This document shows, piece after piece, positions 62,900 through 64,000 of a DNA stretch of 64,000 bases. Where the stretch lies: assembly GCF_009914755.1 (NCBI RefSeq), contig NC_060930.1. The stretch is one strand, 5' to 3'. Origin of the DNA: the human T2T-CHM13v2.0 reference genome, Homo sapiens. Under the pieces are notes generated by a model. That model was not told where the DNA came from, ran no database searches, and worked only from the letters and a program-made list of their open reading frames with translations. Position 1 is the stretch's first letter; each line of letters opens with the position of its first letter. Position numbers and translations under genes: made by a program.

Positions 62900-64000
62900 A
62901 ACTCCTTGTTCTTCACCTACCGAGTGACTCATGACTTACCTGGGAGACCAGGGTCGGGAAAGCACATCGCAGACTCCTGGAATTCGGTGGGACATCCTGG
63001 GGGAGGGAGGAGGAGTCCTGGGGCCATCGGTCTCTACGTGATTTCTCCGCGAGAAGTTTGCATGAAAGTTCTGGGGGAGTTGGGGAGCCCCGAAGTTTCC
63101 ATGCCTTACTTTCTTACCCCTACGCTCCAGCGAAGGATGCGTGAAGGCGAGGCTGGCGCAGCCCCGGACTACGCTCAAATTACCCTTAAGGCTTTAGCAA
63201 ACTGACTAAAAATTTGAGTTCTTTCCTCCCCTCCCTGCCCTCGGCATCGCCGTGGTTATTCAAACCTGGGAGACTGGAGGGCGGAGGTGACGGCAAAAAG
63301 GGCAAGGGGCGTTAAAGAAACGCACTCAGCCTGGGGAGTGGGCAATGATGGGGCTAGGGGCAGCCGAGGAGAAGGGAGCGAGCCGCGCTTCACTCTCCAA
63401 ATCGGCTTAATTGTTCCTGGTAGCCCGCAGAAACCCGTCGCGGCGTGTCTTACCTCGGCTTCTTGAACGACCCGAGAAGACCGATTTCATCGGATGCCTC
63501 CCTTTCTGGAGCTTGCGGTGCCAGCAGCAGAAGAAGACGATGGTGGCGATGGTGCCCAGCAGAAGCAACAAGAGGAAGAGGGCACATTGGATGCTGTAGG
63601 GTCTCAGCAAGACGAGGAAAGCCGCGGCGATCATGGTGCGGGCGAGGCGAGGGCGACTCGACGGCGGGGCTGGAGGGCGGCGGCACAGGCACCCGCGCTG
63701 GGCGCACGCCGGGACGGCGGGCACGGGTGAGCGCGGCTCAGCGCGTCATGCCTGGCGCTCGCGGCCCCGCGCCCAGCCCAATGGCTGCGCACCCCGCGCC
63801 AGCCGCGCTACGCGAGTGATCCAGGGCTGCGGGGAGCGCTTGCCATGACTCAGCAGACAGCGACGAGGCTGCGACTCGGCGGCTGGGATCCTCTCCCCTC
63901 CCTCCCCAGGCGCCCCCGCCCCCGTCCGTGCGCAGCCCCCGGGCGCAGCCCCGCCGGGGACGCGGCGAGTGGGGAGGAGCAGCGCCGCCGCCGCGGCCGC
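62900..64000. promoter_or_regulatory. CpG island / DST isoform-2 promoter and 5' leader (continues past the window end)
   Basis: Sharp rise in GC and CpG content around exon 1; GC boxes (~63279, ~63913-63924); CCAAT at 63778-63782; ATGACTCAGCA at 63845-63855. The TSS cannot be fixed from sequence. Confidence 0.88.
63454..63634 (-). CDS. DST: Dystonin isoform-2-type coding exon 1 (181 nt; MIAAAFLVLL...SGRSRSR, N-terminal transmembrane segment)
   Basis: ATG in CGCACCATGA context; in-frame upstream TGA at 63748-63746; donor GAG|GTAAGA after 63454. Translation matches the recalled dystonin-a2/BPAG1a2 N-terminus. Ends in phase 1. Confidence 0.95.

Noticed and set aside
63411-63848. Plus-strand ORFs overlapping DST exon 1
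   Set aside because: Open frames are expected in GC-rich stop-poor DNA and none resembles a known protein. A divergent neighbouring gene (recalled as BEND6) cannot be shown from this window.
63993-64000. Window ends exactly on a NotI site (GCGGCCGC), suggesting a cloning junction
   Set aside because: NotI sites are common in CpG islands, the window length is fixed, and no vector sequence is visible.

Overview
Primate, almost certainly human, genomic DNA. It is not prokaryotic, and I found no CRISPR array, operon or defence system. The window holds the 5' end of the dystonin gene (DST/BPAG1) on the minus strand. Three coding exons (63634-63454, 62866-62832, 9638-9438) join at canonical GT-AG sites into the transmembrane-containing N-terminus of the 'isoform 2' (dystonin-a2/b2) type. 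A CpG island and promoter sit at the right end, and a 53-kb intron fills most of the window. That intron is dense in Alu, L1, L2/MIR, LTR and DNA-transposon remnants, and also holds an STMP1 (C7orf73) processed pseudogene and a U6 snRNA retrocopy. Almost all other ORFs in the supplied track are repeat-derived. The best unexplained signals are: (1) a frame-preserving candidate 57-nt cassette exon with a perfect donor between exons 1 and 2; (2) a 42-bp-arm near-perfect hairpin in the large intron; (3) a tailless Alu fragment apparently copied from a neighbouring Alu 1 kb away; (4) two uORFs and two perfect NRF2/BACH1-type elements near the promoter. Repeat subfamily names come from recalled consensus sequences, not from a search.
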